From Balanoglossus misakiensis (Eukaryota > Animalia > Hemichordata): a stretch of 64,000 nucleotides of DNA. Made by a program: the position numbers and the translations under genes. Below, piece after piece: positions 1-13,938 of this stretch (position 1 is its first letter; each line of letters opens with the position of its first letter). The stretch spans positions 2,910,075-2,974,074 of the forward strand of contig CM082589.2 of the NCBI GenBank assembly GCA_040954595.2, read 5' to 3'. The notes under the pieces were generated by a model, which was not told the origin of the DNA, did not search any database, and saw nothing but the letters and a program-made list of their open reading frames with translations.

Positions 1-951
1 CGTGGGCGAAGGACTCGTTGAACTCGGCAGGATTGTTATCGGTGTGTGTTCAGTGAAGTTTAATACATAGCAAAAAGGCTTCATTAAGTACTCTGTAACC
101 CGATAGGCTACTCATTTTCGCCCACCGGTGCGTCTTGCTGCAACCGCACAGTCTTCCCCAGCAGTGAAGAAATAACTTGCCAGAGATTTTTGCATTATAG
201 TATATGCATATGCAATTAACGTTAAATATATGCGCATTATATATAAATGGTCTAGAATTGGAAGAGGGTTCTGATTTCAGACACATTGTCCAATCCGCTA
301 GCCCACAGCTGAGAAGCGTGAATCGTCCTAAATGAATTCGTCGCAACGTAGTGTATGTTTTGGTCGCCAAAGACTCAAAGTTTAATCAAGTATCTTCGCT
401 GTTTTTTCTGTGTGTCCCTTCACGGGAGAGGGAGACGGGTAGATGGTTGATAATGGTGAAAGTGTTGACGGGTTGTAGATCAAGGCTCTATGGTTTGAAC
501 CATGCGGTTGACAGATGAGAGGGGGGAAGGTCTCGCCAATGCCACGATTCCGTGAATGCGCGAAAATGAGTGAAGTGTGGAATAGGTATCAGGGTCACCG
601 TATTTACTGCTTTATTATGGACAGGAAGAATGGACGCAGGTACACAAAACAAAAACTGGGTGTAGTTAATGAATACTCAGGCAAACGGTTGCTCCCTCAT
701 TGGCAAGAAAAATGCCAAGAAAAAACTCCGAAATGCCCCATTGAGAAAATCACAATACGCTCATTGTGAAGCGATGTTTGTCTCTCGCTCAATCGGTGTG
801 TACGCGGGCATGTCGGGAAAAGGTCCTACCGGAGAGAAAGTGAATGTTGAAATCTCGAGGAATTGACGATCAGCCCGCCGCCATTTTAAGTCGGAGATTT
901 GTATTTATTTAGCCTCTCACCAGCGTCCAGGGGATTATTTGAGAATTGAGG

Positions 952-965
952 GTTTCCATGGCAAC
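952..965. promoter_or_regulatory. X-box (RFX-type motif) GTTTCCATGGCAAC
   Basis: Fits GTNRCC/GTTTCC-AT-GGCAAC X-box variants. A YY1-type GCCGCCATTTT lies at 877-887. Confidence 0.45.
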
Positions 966-2901
966 GGTAAGGGAGATGATGGAAAGTGGAGTAGGTGAGG
1001 TGAAGACGTCTGCGCTAGAACTCGCGTCGAATGAAAAGCCCTTTTCTCGTTCGGTTTAATACTGTCAAGCGAAGCATAAAAAGGTAAACTGTGAGAAATA
1101 AAAAAAATAACCAAGTGTAAATAAGCAAATCTCGCTTCTGTGGATAGCCGCGGTGTGCCGAGCGTTGAGATTCTCAACAAGCGCAGGTAAAAACCTCACC
1201 ACTGCTCAGATGGCCCGGCTCTTAGGTAAACACAAACTGACAAGGGAAACTGAGTGGTTCGACGCAAATTAAATGCGGTGCTGACGAAGAGGGCAGCGGG
1301 CGCGGGGTTCCCTCTCTCCGCCACAACCGGAGTGGCTGTCAAACAGGATATCATATGAGAAATTCATATTGTGCATTCATTATTCATAATTCTCCTTTCA
1401 CCAGATTTGAAAAGACACTCGACTTTTCCCCAAATGTGCAATTGCAAAAGGGATCGTCGAGCTGAAGCCGAGATCCTTGTCACGGCCAATTTTCGCAAAC
1501 AATCAAACTATGAGATTCCTTCTGCCATCCGGAATTACCCGACACTGGAAGACAATCGGAAGGGACAAACATAAATTCCACTATTCCATTTTCCAATTGG
1601 CGTGCGGCTATTTCTTAAGAGGGGTCACCCACAAAAGGTGTCGATAGCCTTACATAAAGTTGTTCGAGAAGTGACCCATAGAAATCCCAGGATACGTGTT
1701 AACACTTCGGATCAAGTTGCCATTTTGATAAAAAATTCATATATCTTGATATCCGTTAAAATGTCATTTTAACCGTTTGCTGTGTGTATATGTATATATA
1801 TATAGGAACGGAATAATTTTCTGAAAACAAAATTCCCGATATTTATACATATTTATTCAGCAAATTACTCAGATAATACACCCGTTCTTCAAAGGTTTTA
1901 TTTTTGTAAAATTCGGGTTGCAAGAGCTGAATGTAATCGTTTCTGGAATTAGAAAACATTGGACAGAAAACGCGTCCGCTCCCACTGAACGTTGTCCGTC
2001 TGTTCGAAATACACGAAATGGCAGAGTTAATAAATTAGATTTGATGCATAGATGCCTTTACGGCGGAAGCTGTAATTTTTTGTGACATCCACTATTCGCC
2101 TTTTTAAATAGAACGCCAGGCTGTAAGTTTACATGACTTTGAAACGCCCAGACGGTCAAGTTCAAAGTAGCTTTCTAAACACAGGGGGAAATGTCTTTTA
2201 ATGAACCAGTCAACAGTTATACGCTCAAAATACGTTCTGATTTTTTTTCGCCAAACTGAGCAGCAGTCGTCGTCTGCGAATCAAAACAATTCCCCCGGTG
2301 TGTGTTTTTGGCGCAAAATAGGCAGGTCTGGTCGTCTGACACAGCTCAAAAATCGTGCAACATGTTTACATGACAGTTTCTGAGCTGCCAGCCGAAATAT
2401 TGCGATCCTTTATGTCGTTCGGCATTCTTAAGTAAAAGATTCGGTTAGGAAGCAAATGCGCGGGGGAAATAAAATAAAATTTGCGGACTGTTTGGCGTGA
2501 CAATAGCAGATGGTGGCAAATGGCTTGGTCTTTTTGTAGTGCCTTCATCTGTATCATTTATACCCATCACGTCAGTGTAATTTCATTTGATTTGATCGGG
2601 CTTGAGAACAATTGTAGGCGCTTAATTGAGAGATTAGTCATATATACAGAAATACAACGAACCCGGGCTGGGAATGAAGAGCTATGCAGGCAAATTACCT
2701 AGACTAGTCACTTGCTAAGTAGAATTGGTGGCCAATCCAAACAAACACGGACTCGTTGTGACCAGGCGTAACAAATAAACAAATATTGATTTAAAATGGC
2801 GGCGCAGCTTGCAAATGATTGGATGGTAACAAATGCTTTTGTTCGCCTTTCTAATCGAGATAATTTATTTAGGGGGGATACAGGCTGTGGCGTGTTTTAG
2901 T

Positions 2902-2982
2902 GTGCGTGTGAGTGACCGACACAGAGAGGGGAGAGAGAGTCAGTCAGTCAGACAGACACACAGACAGACAGGCAGAGAGACA
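2902..2982. repeat. Mixed simple repeat (GT/GA/CAGT/CAGA)
   Basis: gtgtgcgtgtg...gagagaggggagagagagtcagtcagtcagacagacacacagacagacag. Confidence 0.8.
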
Positions 2983-5780
2983 GGACCCTTTTGAGTGTGT
3001 TAATGAAGAAGATTCCCAAAAAATAATGGCGATACTATATATAACAATATTCATAATTATCTTGGAAATATAACGATCTAAATATTATCATTTGTATGCC
3101 TAGATATTAAAATGCACCCAAGTCCATAAATTCCTCCTAGAATATAAACTAATAATGTAGAGAGAGATAAAATGCATGGGTTCTTGTGTACATTGTCAAC
3201 ATGTAATATGGTTAGCCAGTAAGTCTTCCAACAGGGATGGGGATAAAATCTGTCATAAATTGACTCGCCTAAGAATTGATAATTCCTGGGGTTCCCCTAT
3301 GATGCACACTTACCATCAAAGTAATAAATTGTTTCTGTTTGTCGCGCGAGAATGATAATGGATTTATTTATTGATGTTCTCCGTTAAACATCCTGTCCCC
3401 GCGTCCCTACGAAGTTTCCGGACGAAGTCATCACAAACTTCAAAATTAATTTGCTTGACTCGCGTAAGTGTTCTTCCCCGGTGAACATTAATCAAAGACT
3501 TCAGTGATGATTGCAATAAATCTTCCAAAATTACAAAATGTCTGAACTTATGGTGAAGGTCCTGTTACCTGCCGCACAGTCAGTTTTCTTGCAACAGAGA
3601 AAAAGCGTGCAAACTTCATCGCGTCCAATCTGTCACAAATTTCTGACAAATTTTAGGCAAAACACGTTGTTACGATTGTACAACGAATGCATAGAATTTA
3701 AATATCAATGGCGGATAAACAATAAAGGTGTACGTCATTAACATAGCAGAAGCTGTAGTAGCCGTACACCTGGGTATTTTGACTATTACGTAAGGGTTTT
3801 TGAATTTTGACTCTCTGCAACGGCATTCAAGTGGCGTGAGCCGACCAGAAAACAGACAAGTTGTACTCGGCCATGAGCGACAGGGACTGGAATCTTGTAA
3901 TCCACGTGGGAGCTCAGTGTTGAAGTTAAGCACGTCAGTATGCCCTGTTGGTTTGAATTCAGCGTTGCTCTCGGACTTAAAATGCATGTCTACGCCAGCA
4001 ACTGTAAGTGAAGTGAACCTGTTAATTTCTTCTGAGAGGACTTCAGGAGAGAACTTTGTGAGAAAGCAGCACGCCAGCGTGAACCATCGTCGGGTAGGTG
4101 CAGAGAAATTTCCCTACATTTCTGACAGCAGTTACATCGAGAGGTAGGCGCTAAAATGCTCTTAGTAATCGTCAGGTAATTTTAAATCATGTCATTGTTT
4201 ACACCGTACCCCATGAAATATGCCGCCGGTTTTCGATTCAGTGAAGATAACACGCCAAAGTATATATTACAGTTTGTAGTTTGCAACTCATTTTCCAGAA
4301 ATTAGGCACAAAATATGGTCAGCCAAATATTTGGAATAAATTTTCACCCCGCTAATGAATCGGAAATTAAATCGGACAAAAATTAGGAAGCAAGGTATAT
4401 ATCTGGAAATTGCATCTTCAATGAAATTTCGAAGCGGGGAAATATCTGCTATTTTGTAGGTTAAATAAGGATGGTGAACACGTGTGAAGATTTGACACTT
4501 GAGAGCCTCGTTATGAATAAATGAATAAATTATCGAGCGATCCTCTGAAAGTGTATGACGTAGCATATTTTGCGCTTCTGAGGTTTTTGTGCGCGGGTTT
4601 ATTTTGCTGTTTTGGTTCGAAAATGTCTCTCAAACCATTTCTCTCCAAAACATATACCGCCATAGATGAATCGTTGCAGTATGTGCAGCGGACGGTAAAA
4701 TCTGATTGGCTATTTACTTAATAGGCAATCTCGCTTTTTATGATATTTTATTGTCAACGAAATGATACTTACAACAATTGCGGGTACGATAATTGGACCG
4801 ATAACTGCAGAAATGAATATACGCAGAGAAAGGTGTTTCCAATACGATAGAGTGACAGTGCTTTTAAGTTTTGACAAAATGCAACTGCCCGAGCCCTTTC
4901 TTTGAGATCATGTTTTCTTTGTTTCACGAGTAAGATCACTAAATATTAGGTTCTAAAATATATAATATTTGTCGCTTTTAAGTAAATTTTACTAGTACTT
5001 CGGTCTTTCCATTATCCATGGTTCTGTCGTTTGTTGTATAAACAGGGGATTCCCTTTTCCTCGTACGTACTGGCTTATTAAGCATTCTTAAATATGTTTG
5101 GCAAAAATATTCCAGGGCTCTTAGTGAAGATTAAGTTCCAAGCAAAATGTACTTGAAAGATGAGCTTGTAATGGCTGCTCATTTCATTTTATTAATCTGT
5201 ATATATTTGAAATTATATCCGGTTTTTATGTTAACGGATTATTGTCGTTTCTATAAGCCTTGTCCATACTCTCAATTACATATCTCGTCTTGGAATTTTC
5301 AGACCCATTTTCGACTGTTTCCTTGGTTTCTGTCACGCTTAAGCCAGCGGTGCCGGGGATTTCAATGAGATTTTGCTCTGCTTTTGGGGCCGAAAATCAT
5401 TTGGTAATATGCTTACACGAGTTTTAAAGTCCATAATAAGTTTTAAGACGATCTGCTCACTCAATGGAAGTCAGTCAATGCGACTTACAAGGCAAAATCC
5501 ACTCATTGTGTGGGTAGAACCAGATAACAGGAATGCAAAGTTACACGTTGTGTGAATTGGCTATGCTTTTGTGCTCGCCATCGTTCCACGTTGGTTTAAT
5601 TATGGGCTTGGCATGGCTAAGGTTGTTCTTGTGTATTCAAACTGATAGTTTCTCTTGCCACGTGGAAATTAACTGAATGATTGGCGACCCCCTCCTCCCA
5701 TTTTATTTTGGTCACCGTCGTACAGTGCATATTAAAGAAACGTTTGTTGTGATTGGTAATGCAACAGGTGATTATCAGAA

Positions 5781-5827
5781 TTGTTGTTGTTTTGTCGTCG
5801 TTGTTGTTGTTTTGGCTGTTGTTGTTG
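5781..5827. repeat. Degenerate (GTT)n trinucleotide repeat
   Basis: ttgttgttgttttgtcgtcgttgttgttgttttggctgttgttgttg. Confidence 0.85.
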
Positions 5828-8800
5828 ATATATTCTCATCTTTTGGTCATATGCTTTAATATTTTATATTTTAACAACTACTTTTGTAGATAGAGGTGAA
5901 CACGCGCTTAAGTTTTTTGGAGAGCGTAGTCCAGCAGATTAATAGTTTTATATAATTATTTTATTTGAAGTTAGTAATCGACGCCAGTGTGTTGATGCAG
6001 AATGTAGCGAGGTCTGTCTTTTGTTGCCTCTGCCACCCCCGATCTGCCACAGCCCACTGCCCGCCAAAGCAACATCCCTCCCGCCATTGGTACTCTGAGA
6101 AATGCCGCACGTAAAGAAGGTCTCCACTTGGTGCACTTCACACGATGGGCCGCTGTCGGATTAAGCTACGCTTCTCGCTTTAAGTTTTGCCGCCTTTTCA
6201 TGTTAATGCTGGAATTCTGCCTGCTGAGATGGTGACATTGTTATGGGGGCATTAACAAAGGCTTGACTAACGAACGCCCAAGCTGGACTGGTACACCCAT
6301 AAAAGCTGCCAGAGCCATTCACCACCGATTTTAATAGTGCCTTTTTACACGCTGGTTTCAGAAAACGGCTTTAGGACCATCCACTTCTGTTACCGGATTG
6401 AAACTTTTTATTAATTAGTTATTAATAAAAAACCGAGTCTCTAAGAAGGCACACCGACCCATTCATTCCATAAATACTCCCATTGAATCTGTTAATGTAA
6501 CCAATTTGACTGAAGCAGCGACGCGGTTAATGCGAAGCACTAGCCCACCAAGAACCCGCCTGATACTTGTTTACGTGTTTTGTTGTACTTTATTCAACGA
6601 CTATTCAGATCAATATCAAGCGGCCTTGGAGGTCGTCGTTCAAAGGTAAAAGCCCGCCAAAAAATCCCGTTGAAAGAAATGTAAAACTTTCCTGCGAATT
6701 TTCGGCCAACAATCGTTATTCAGGGTCTATTTATTTTTCTTAATAATAACAACCTTTGTTGGGTTGTTTCAGCTCTTTCGATACTAAAATTCAGAATTTT
6801 ACTTATTTTTTATTCTCTGAATAGTGAAAGTGTTCTGAGGTCAAAGGTTGGACTGCATAGGCATAAGCAATCAGTCGTTTCTGAAAGCATGGTGGTGTGT
6901 AGTTTACGAAAAGCAGTGATCTCAACCTATTCATCTCAGTACCTCTTCTCTAAAATAATTGTTCAACAAAAATCTGTCGTTATTCAATTTCTAAGTAAAT
7001 AACAAATTTTATTTTAGACAAAAATAATTACAAATCTATTTGGCGACCCATTACTTAATTTATTTTACACCCCACGTGAATACATGTAAACAGAAGGTCA
7101 ATCTGAAGGATTCCTGCCTGACGCATGTTCAAAGCTTTGGATGAAACAGAAAAAAAAACATTTCAGCCTAACTATAATGTGCCCCATAAATCATACCTCT
7201 CAGACGTTTCCTTCTAGCGGCCAAACGCGCATTTAAAGAGCAATATCATCTCTTGTCCTGATCAATCAAGTTCACCATTTTTGCGAAAATGAGATGTGTG
7301 AAATTTAGGGCTGGAGTTGTAATTGCACCTTTTATCAGAAAGATAAGTATACTTTTGAGTTGCCCTGTTTAATAGTCGTTACAAAGAAGTCCAGAGGCAA
7401 TAAATAAATAGTCAGGCCTTCACATTTTTAATTCAGCTACGAAAACTAAATTTCTAAAAATAATTTTCTAGATTTCAGCAAAGACGAAGGGCTTCAACGC
7501 GTCGTATGAAAACCCACCATTTTTTATTTTATTATTTATTTTGTGTGTGTGTATTTTTCAAAGTAAACACCTGCCAAAATAAGGATATATATCTTATGTT
7601 CTATGTATATATTTGCCTTTGTTCAAGGATTGTGTCATCAATATTGATTGTCGTGTGGAGACAAACGCCAACGGCGTAAAAGCTCGTCTTTTGCAGTCTG
7701 GGCTTTGTTTCTCGGGGGTGCCTCTGCCCTGACATTTTATGCAACTGTTCTACATTTTCGAATTTTTTGGTGAATCGCAATGAATTTTTATCAACGATTT
7801 TAAATAGATTCCCTCTCGAAGTACTTGCTAAGCATCGTATCAGCAAGCAACCTTGGTCGGCGAGGAGAAAAAAATCGCTTGCCTTTGCCTCAAGGTGGAT
7901 CGAACCTCTTGTTTTTTATACTAATTATCTGCGAGTCCCTTGTTAAAAGAAAAGACCATTATTACCAAAAGCAAACATCGCCCTTCACTTGAGAATAGGA
8001 CATCTTTCAGGGGATGTGTAAAGTGTAAATTATCAATTTTATTTTTTTTCACAACCGCCTGCGATTAATCTTCCATGCAATAAGTTATCACGTTACTTTC
8101 TGAAGCGTCATTTCTTCCTGCACATCTACCCACCGCTGGTGCTACCTTTCAAAACGAGAATTTTACACAATAAATTGTCGGGGTGCCCTCGCAGGACCCA
8201 AGTGTCGTGTCCGAGCAATTCTTATAAATTCAACCATAAAAAATGACACCTCCGTCTCACTCCCGATCTTCAATTAATTACGTTTTTAGGTTGATAAAAT
8301 ACCCCAAAACTGACAACATGCATAGATGTGTCTCTTGACGACGAAAGCCATTTTTGCTGATGACTCTAGTCCCCCCGGACATCCGCAGACGATCTCATAA
8401 TATATTGTCATTTTTCCTGTAATATTTCTGTATTTTTATCGCCTATCCCGCCAATAGTACTTCTTTGAGGGTCAAAGTTTCAAGCTTTATTTTTTCCGGA
8501 AAACCAGTGCGGACGCTTGAACTTTTCGTTCTTTGTGTAAAATGACAGACAGCCTCAGGGTACCGATTTATAGCTTGTCTGTCCCCTTTTCTATACCAAG
8601 TATACCCCTTTTTTCAATTTTACCGTGGACTTAGTTTCATTGCCTCTGCACGCTAGCAATTCCCGTGGTCCCCATGCACCAAGTCACAGTCACGACCGCG
8701 AATTTTCCCCCGTTATCCCCCTCCCCCAAATTCTGTGATTGTATTTGTAGCTTCGGCGTGTTAAGGGGCAGTGTGAAGGCTATTATGCCCGCCACAATGG

Positions 8801-9068
8801 AAAGCTTGGTGTAATGGCTTTTTCATGGAGTGACTGCCAGGCACAACGTCTTCTGCTATTGTGACATGACAACTCACAAAAACCAACGCAAGGCTTTGCC
8901 TAGTAACAGGTGTGAGAAGAGTCGGGCCACTTTACGTCCAATGATTGTCGTTCACTCCGGTGATTTGTGAGCCGTTCTCACACGCGACAATTTAAACGAT
9001 CTACCCAAATGTTGTCGCTTTTGGCTTAATGGTTCCGTTTACCTTGCCTTTAAGATTATGTCACTGAC

Positions 9069-9115
9069 TCCCCCCCCCCCCCTCTCTCTCTCTCCCTCTC
9101 TCCCCCAGTCTCCCT
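9069..9115. repeat. Poly-C plus (CT)n pyrimidine tract
   Basis: C13 followed by (TC)n. Confidence 0.9.
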
Positions 9116-10580
9116 CACTACTTTAAACGCACCAAATTTTTCAAACGTGTGTCAATTGGAATTCTCTAACGATATGACTATTTTAAATATTTGCTCAGGG
9201 CTAAGCAGTCGGCGTTTAAGGACAGCAATCCCAGTGCTTAATGCTATTGTCCTCTAAGTATTTCAGTTTCTAGAAGAGACATATAATGTCTTCTTAAAAT
9301 GTATGTACGTGTACTTGTAATTTTATAATATTTATTTCTAATTATTTCCCAGTAATCTTGTGGATATATCATTCTATACTATTCGCATCCCAGCATTCAC
9401 AGGGAATTTTTTGGCCATAAATAAAATTCCCTCCAAATTACTATGTTTATTCTTCTGCTAATGGATATATGCTCTTCAATTTGGTCGCGCTATGCTAAGG
9501 ACTTCGATGCAACTACGTCACAAGCGTCTCGCCTGTTGCCAACATTTCGACATGTTAATCAGGTCTGAGACAGCGACGGTTGTGTGTGTTTCCTTATTGT
9601 GAAAGTGGTTCTTAAAACCAAGCAGGCATTAATAGCGCTGTGACTTCCAGGTGAAGGCAGCAGAAATGCAGGCGAGGCGATGATAGAAGTGCCCGGATGT
9701 CATTGGACACGGGTTCAGACGACATTGCTCCACTCGGTGATGATCAGTGCCACTTAAAACAAAGCAGAAATTACGCTATCGATATTTTCGTTTTACTCAG
9801 TGCAGCATCCTGACATATGCATCACTCCAACGCAAATATCCCCGCAATATTTCTCCGTCTGCACACAAAAAACCTGTCCTCACGCATGCGCACCAGTAAA
9901 GTTGGACGCCGCTGTTTTGCACGTATGTGTGTGTTGACTTAGACAAACGAGTATTGTGCAAACGACAATATTACAGAATAGGCACTTCAGTTCTATCATA
10001 TTGTCAGTCGGTAAAATCGTTGACAAAATACAGGCGTCTAAGTGGATTATTTTTCCAGAGATATTTCGTCGTTCAGCGCAACAGATGTACTCGCTTGTTA
10101 ATGCTTCCCGTTGTCGTCCCTGCATGATTTCCAAACTGCCTTAGCTCGCTCTCTCGTCGTCTGCTCCCGACCCCTTTTTCAAAAAAAAAAGAATATCCAC
10201 AAATCCGTGCGCATTTAATTTCTTAAACAGTTGATATAATATCTGTTCAAAATGTCACGGTCGCTTTGTTTTAATCTCGCCGAGTGAATGCCAATGAAAG
10301 CAAAAGTTCAAAGACGGCCCCATTTATCTTAAAAACCACTTTGTGAGGAAATCCCGATTAGAGCAGAGGAGGATAAACGTCAAATTTGGAGGGAAAAAAT
10401 AACGACAGAACAAAATAATAGAAGAAGCAGTTGATTGCATCGGAAAATAGGTTGATACAAACTCACCTCTTAAAATTCCCCTTTTCTTTTTATATCCTCT
10501 TCATTGGTATCGACTTTGATATTTTTATGAAGTTTTAGTGTGTATGAAAGAGCAATTAATTGCAAATTGAGAGACACGGC

Positions 10581-10594
10581 GTTGCCATGGCAAC
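10581..10594. promoter_or_regulatory. Perfect palindromic X-box (RFX-type motif) GTTGCCATGGCAAC
   Basis: Exact match to the canonical RFX X-box consensus. Function is not shown. Confidence 0.55.
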
Positions 10595-13500
10595 TGCTGA
10601 TTTATATCTGCCCCGATGCCTTAAATTTATGACAGTGTTTCGTTTGGACCTGCGGAGTTTCACCTGTGCGCGATTCACTTTACTTCGCCTAAAGCCATCA
10701 GCTGTAGCGTTTGACAGATACCTGTGCCCGGAACGCCCGCACAACTAAAACGAAAACAAGTTGTCGTCTGCCACTCTCCCCGCCATTTTCTACGCCAGAC
10801 TTTTTTCCCCTCAACGTTTGCGAGATGCGTCTTTATCTCCAGTCGGTGAATGGATGAAATGACTAATCAACCACACACGGATACTTCGATACGCTACGAA
10901 AAGCACAAATTAGGTGTTTTATCAAAAAAATAAGTCTTTTTATCAAAATTTGCCCTGATAAACGTCATCCAATGCAGGGATGTTCTGCGCCCATACAGAT
11001 GTAATCCCCAATTTTCGATAGCATTTACTTAATCATTCGCTTTCGTTTTCACCTGCTAATGTCCATTCCCAAATCTTATCTTCTAATAGAACTTGGTCGG
11101 CTCTGTTTGAAGCCGACAGATTACACAAACCCATCCAACCAATCTCGTTTTATTCTTGTACGGTTGTAATCCGTTACCTCTGAGAAAAGTTTTTCTTAAG
11201 TGGGGGAAACTGTTAAAAATCGCCGTAGGACAAGCGAACGGTCGAGATAACTTAATGTACACTTTATCTCGACGCGTACACCGCGAAGTGTTGGGCGAAT
11301 TTGGCGGTGTGTGATACCCTCCTTCAGGGGGAAACTATGAATTTTTCATCGAATCGCCGAGGAAGCATAACAACAACAAAAAAAAGCTCCCTTGGTGGTG
11401 CCGCGTCTTCGAAGATCAAATCTGAGGTGGCGAGATCGAGAACCCCCGAATTTCATTTCGGAATGCGATTGCGATCTAAACTGCGGAGTGCGTGGTCGTT
11501 TCATCTTGCAATCTCCCCGAACTTAACACGAGATTTATCACACGAGAGAACGCCGACGTAGCGCCTCGCACGGATGAGAGGACAGCCAAATTTGGTCGTT
11601 GCTTATCAGAACAAAGAGATGGACAAGAGTCTTGATTAAAACGTACTTTGCACCTGGTTTAGCCGAGCTGAAGACAAAAAGTGGACCCTCATCGATATAA
11701 TGAGTGTGTTTATATGATATTTTAATTTCCGAATTTATTTCGCCCAAACCAGATTAATTTGCCTGACATAGTGAGACTTTCGGCGCAAACAAAAGTAGGC
11801 GATCGGCGAGCTTGTTTCTGAAGTACTAGTGCATCTTCGCTGCATTTGAAACCGCCGAAAACAACACATCCCACTTCATTATACGTTTGATTTTTTTTCT
11901 CTCCATTTCTTCTTTGTAACCCTGGCTTGAAAGCCATGATCTGTCCGCATTTTCCGGGGTGCCGGCTCGACATCTTTGTCAGGTTTTTTTTTTAATTCGC
12001 CTCGGTTGCATCGGTAGGTCTTTGAAGTTGAGCTCGGAGGATTTTTTTTCACCATTTCACTGAAATCAAAACCCGTGCGTTTTTTATCCACCACTATAAG
12101 CGCTTTGATCACGCCACGACTAATGACTCCTTGCCTCACTCCAACGCTTTCCGTCCCATTTTTATCCGCGCTGCACCTTTGTCATAATTTCCTTGCAAAA
12201 AAAAATTGATTTTATTTTTCCCCCTGAACCGACTACCTGCTTAGTTTTTCATTATCGGCCTCCCTATCTGCATTTCTCCCCTGATTTCCGGCTTTGACAA
12301 GACAGAACCAGCATTTCGATATGAAACGATTTGTTACCTATCAGTAATGCACATCTCACGCCATGTATCGGGGCCCACTGAGACCCAGTTTTCCCCCCTT
12401 TTCGCTACGCTCACTCCTAATTCCGCCTTACATTAGGGAGCCCTTTCCCAGCGTTTGATTGGAACGGCAGTCTTTTGTCGATATCTTAGTCTTAATGCAG
12501 AGAGGGGGAGATCAAAATTGTGGAGTGACTGTGCGAGACTGAAGTTTGTACTTAGTTGGCCCCTGAGCAGACTCGAATGCGCACCCTGGCCAGACATTTG
12601 CATGCCCCTTTTCATTTTAAGTGATGCTATATTTTCAACATATTTCCGCCCGCGAATGCAACGCTCTCAAACGTCCTCAGACTCTAGTCTTGACAACGCC
12701 CTGTGCTTCATCCCTGCATCGAGAAACCTGGGACTTCTTTTGCGCATAATAAAAACCGCATCTTATAAGCGAACTCGGATGTGACTCAGATCACTTGGTC
12801 GGAAGAAGTGACTCGGGGGCACACTATTCGGGCTGCGGCATCCTTCTGCAGTTCCTTGTGCATCCGTGTTGACTTAGAGGTCCGCCCAAACAAAGAAATT
12901 ATCGACAGTCGACTGTTGTCGGCTTCGCCAACAGGGAAGAGAGCGTGTACTCCAATCAGGGCTTGCAAATAACACGGAGCGGTTTAAAAGCAGAGGTGTG
13001 ACTACGGCTGGATTCCGCGCTTGTCCATTTCCTTAGTGTGATTTTTTTTATCTCGCGAGGAAGGCCGGGGTTGTAGCTTGCAAATAATGTCACGGAAGTG
13101 CAATCTTCTTTTTTTCTCTACACGGCAAAAATACGACACCATTGCCTGTTTCTGCTCTTTCTCTCTGCGTTCATTTCACATCAACGGCGTCTGTTTCCTG
13201 GCTTCTGAAACGGAGCGTGCAAATGTCATGGAAACGAAGGGTCTGGTAATCTCAAAAGATAAAAGGAAAGATTTCTGAATATGATGAAAAAGCTGGCAGG
13301 TTTTTTCTCGGGTACAATTGTTATGAGTCAGCACAGGCTAGTAAAATGTGAGATACTAAACAAAATTGTACGTTGGACTAGCTAGAACTATTAAAAATGA
13401 TCACTTTGGACAACTATTACCAAATAGATATAAATAATAGTCTATCAGCTTTTATGTTTATTGTCGATAATTGATGCTTTTCGGGGAAAATAAAAGTGTC

Positions 13501-13924
13501 ACTTGGTCCCGGCAAATATTAAGTCGGTGTTTTCGCCTTAGATCTATGGATGAATGTGCGTGCCTAGGCAAGGGCCGAGGAAGCCGACGCGAGGAAATCT
13601 AAGCTGGATAAACGGTCTTGTCTGGTGTATATGGGATCATTCCTATTGGGAGAAATCCAAGACAGCGAAATCAAAAGTCGGGGAAGGAGAATGGTTGGAA
13701 ATTGAAAATTTAATAGCCGTGTTTTTATTGAAATTGAGACGTTTGCAGAGATTCGCTGGGCGATAGGGTCCGCCGCTGTAATAGAAGTTCATAGGCAAAG
13801 TTCGCGTGCGCTGAAAACCAAGCCTCTCACGGCGAGGCTGCTTGCAACTTAAGTAACAGTTTCTTTTTAAAATGTATATCCTTGAGTTGTCCGCGGAGTG
13901 CTTGGCGGAGGTTGCCGCGGTGGC

Positions 13925-13938
13925 TGACGTCACGTGAC
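13925..13938. promoter_or_regulatory. Overlapping CRE (TGACGTCA) and CLEAR/USF-type E-box (GTCACGTGAC)
   Basis: TGACGTCACGTGAC read directly, inside a locally GC/CpG-rich patch (about 13890-14025). Confidence 0.4.

Noticed and set aside
191-248. Nested AT-rich palindromes around TTAACGTTAA
   Set aside because: Imperfect and explained by low-complexity TA/TGCA composition.
9651-9830. Possible extra exon after ttccAG at 9650 (purine-rich, coding-like stretch)
   Set aside because: No AP-2 similarity in the frames read, stop codons present, and no suitable phase-1 donor identified.
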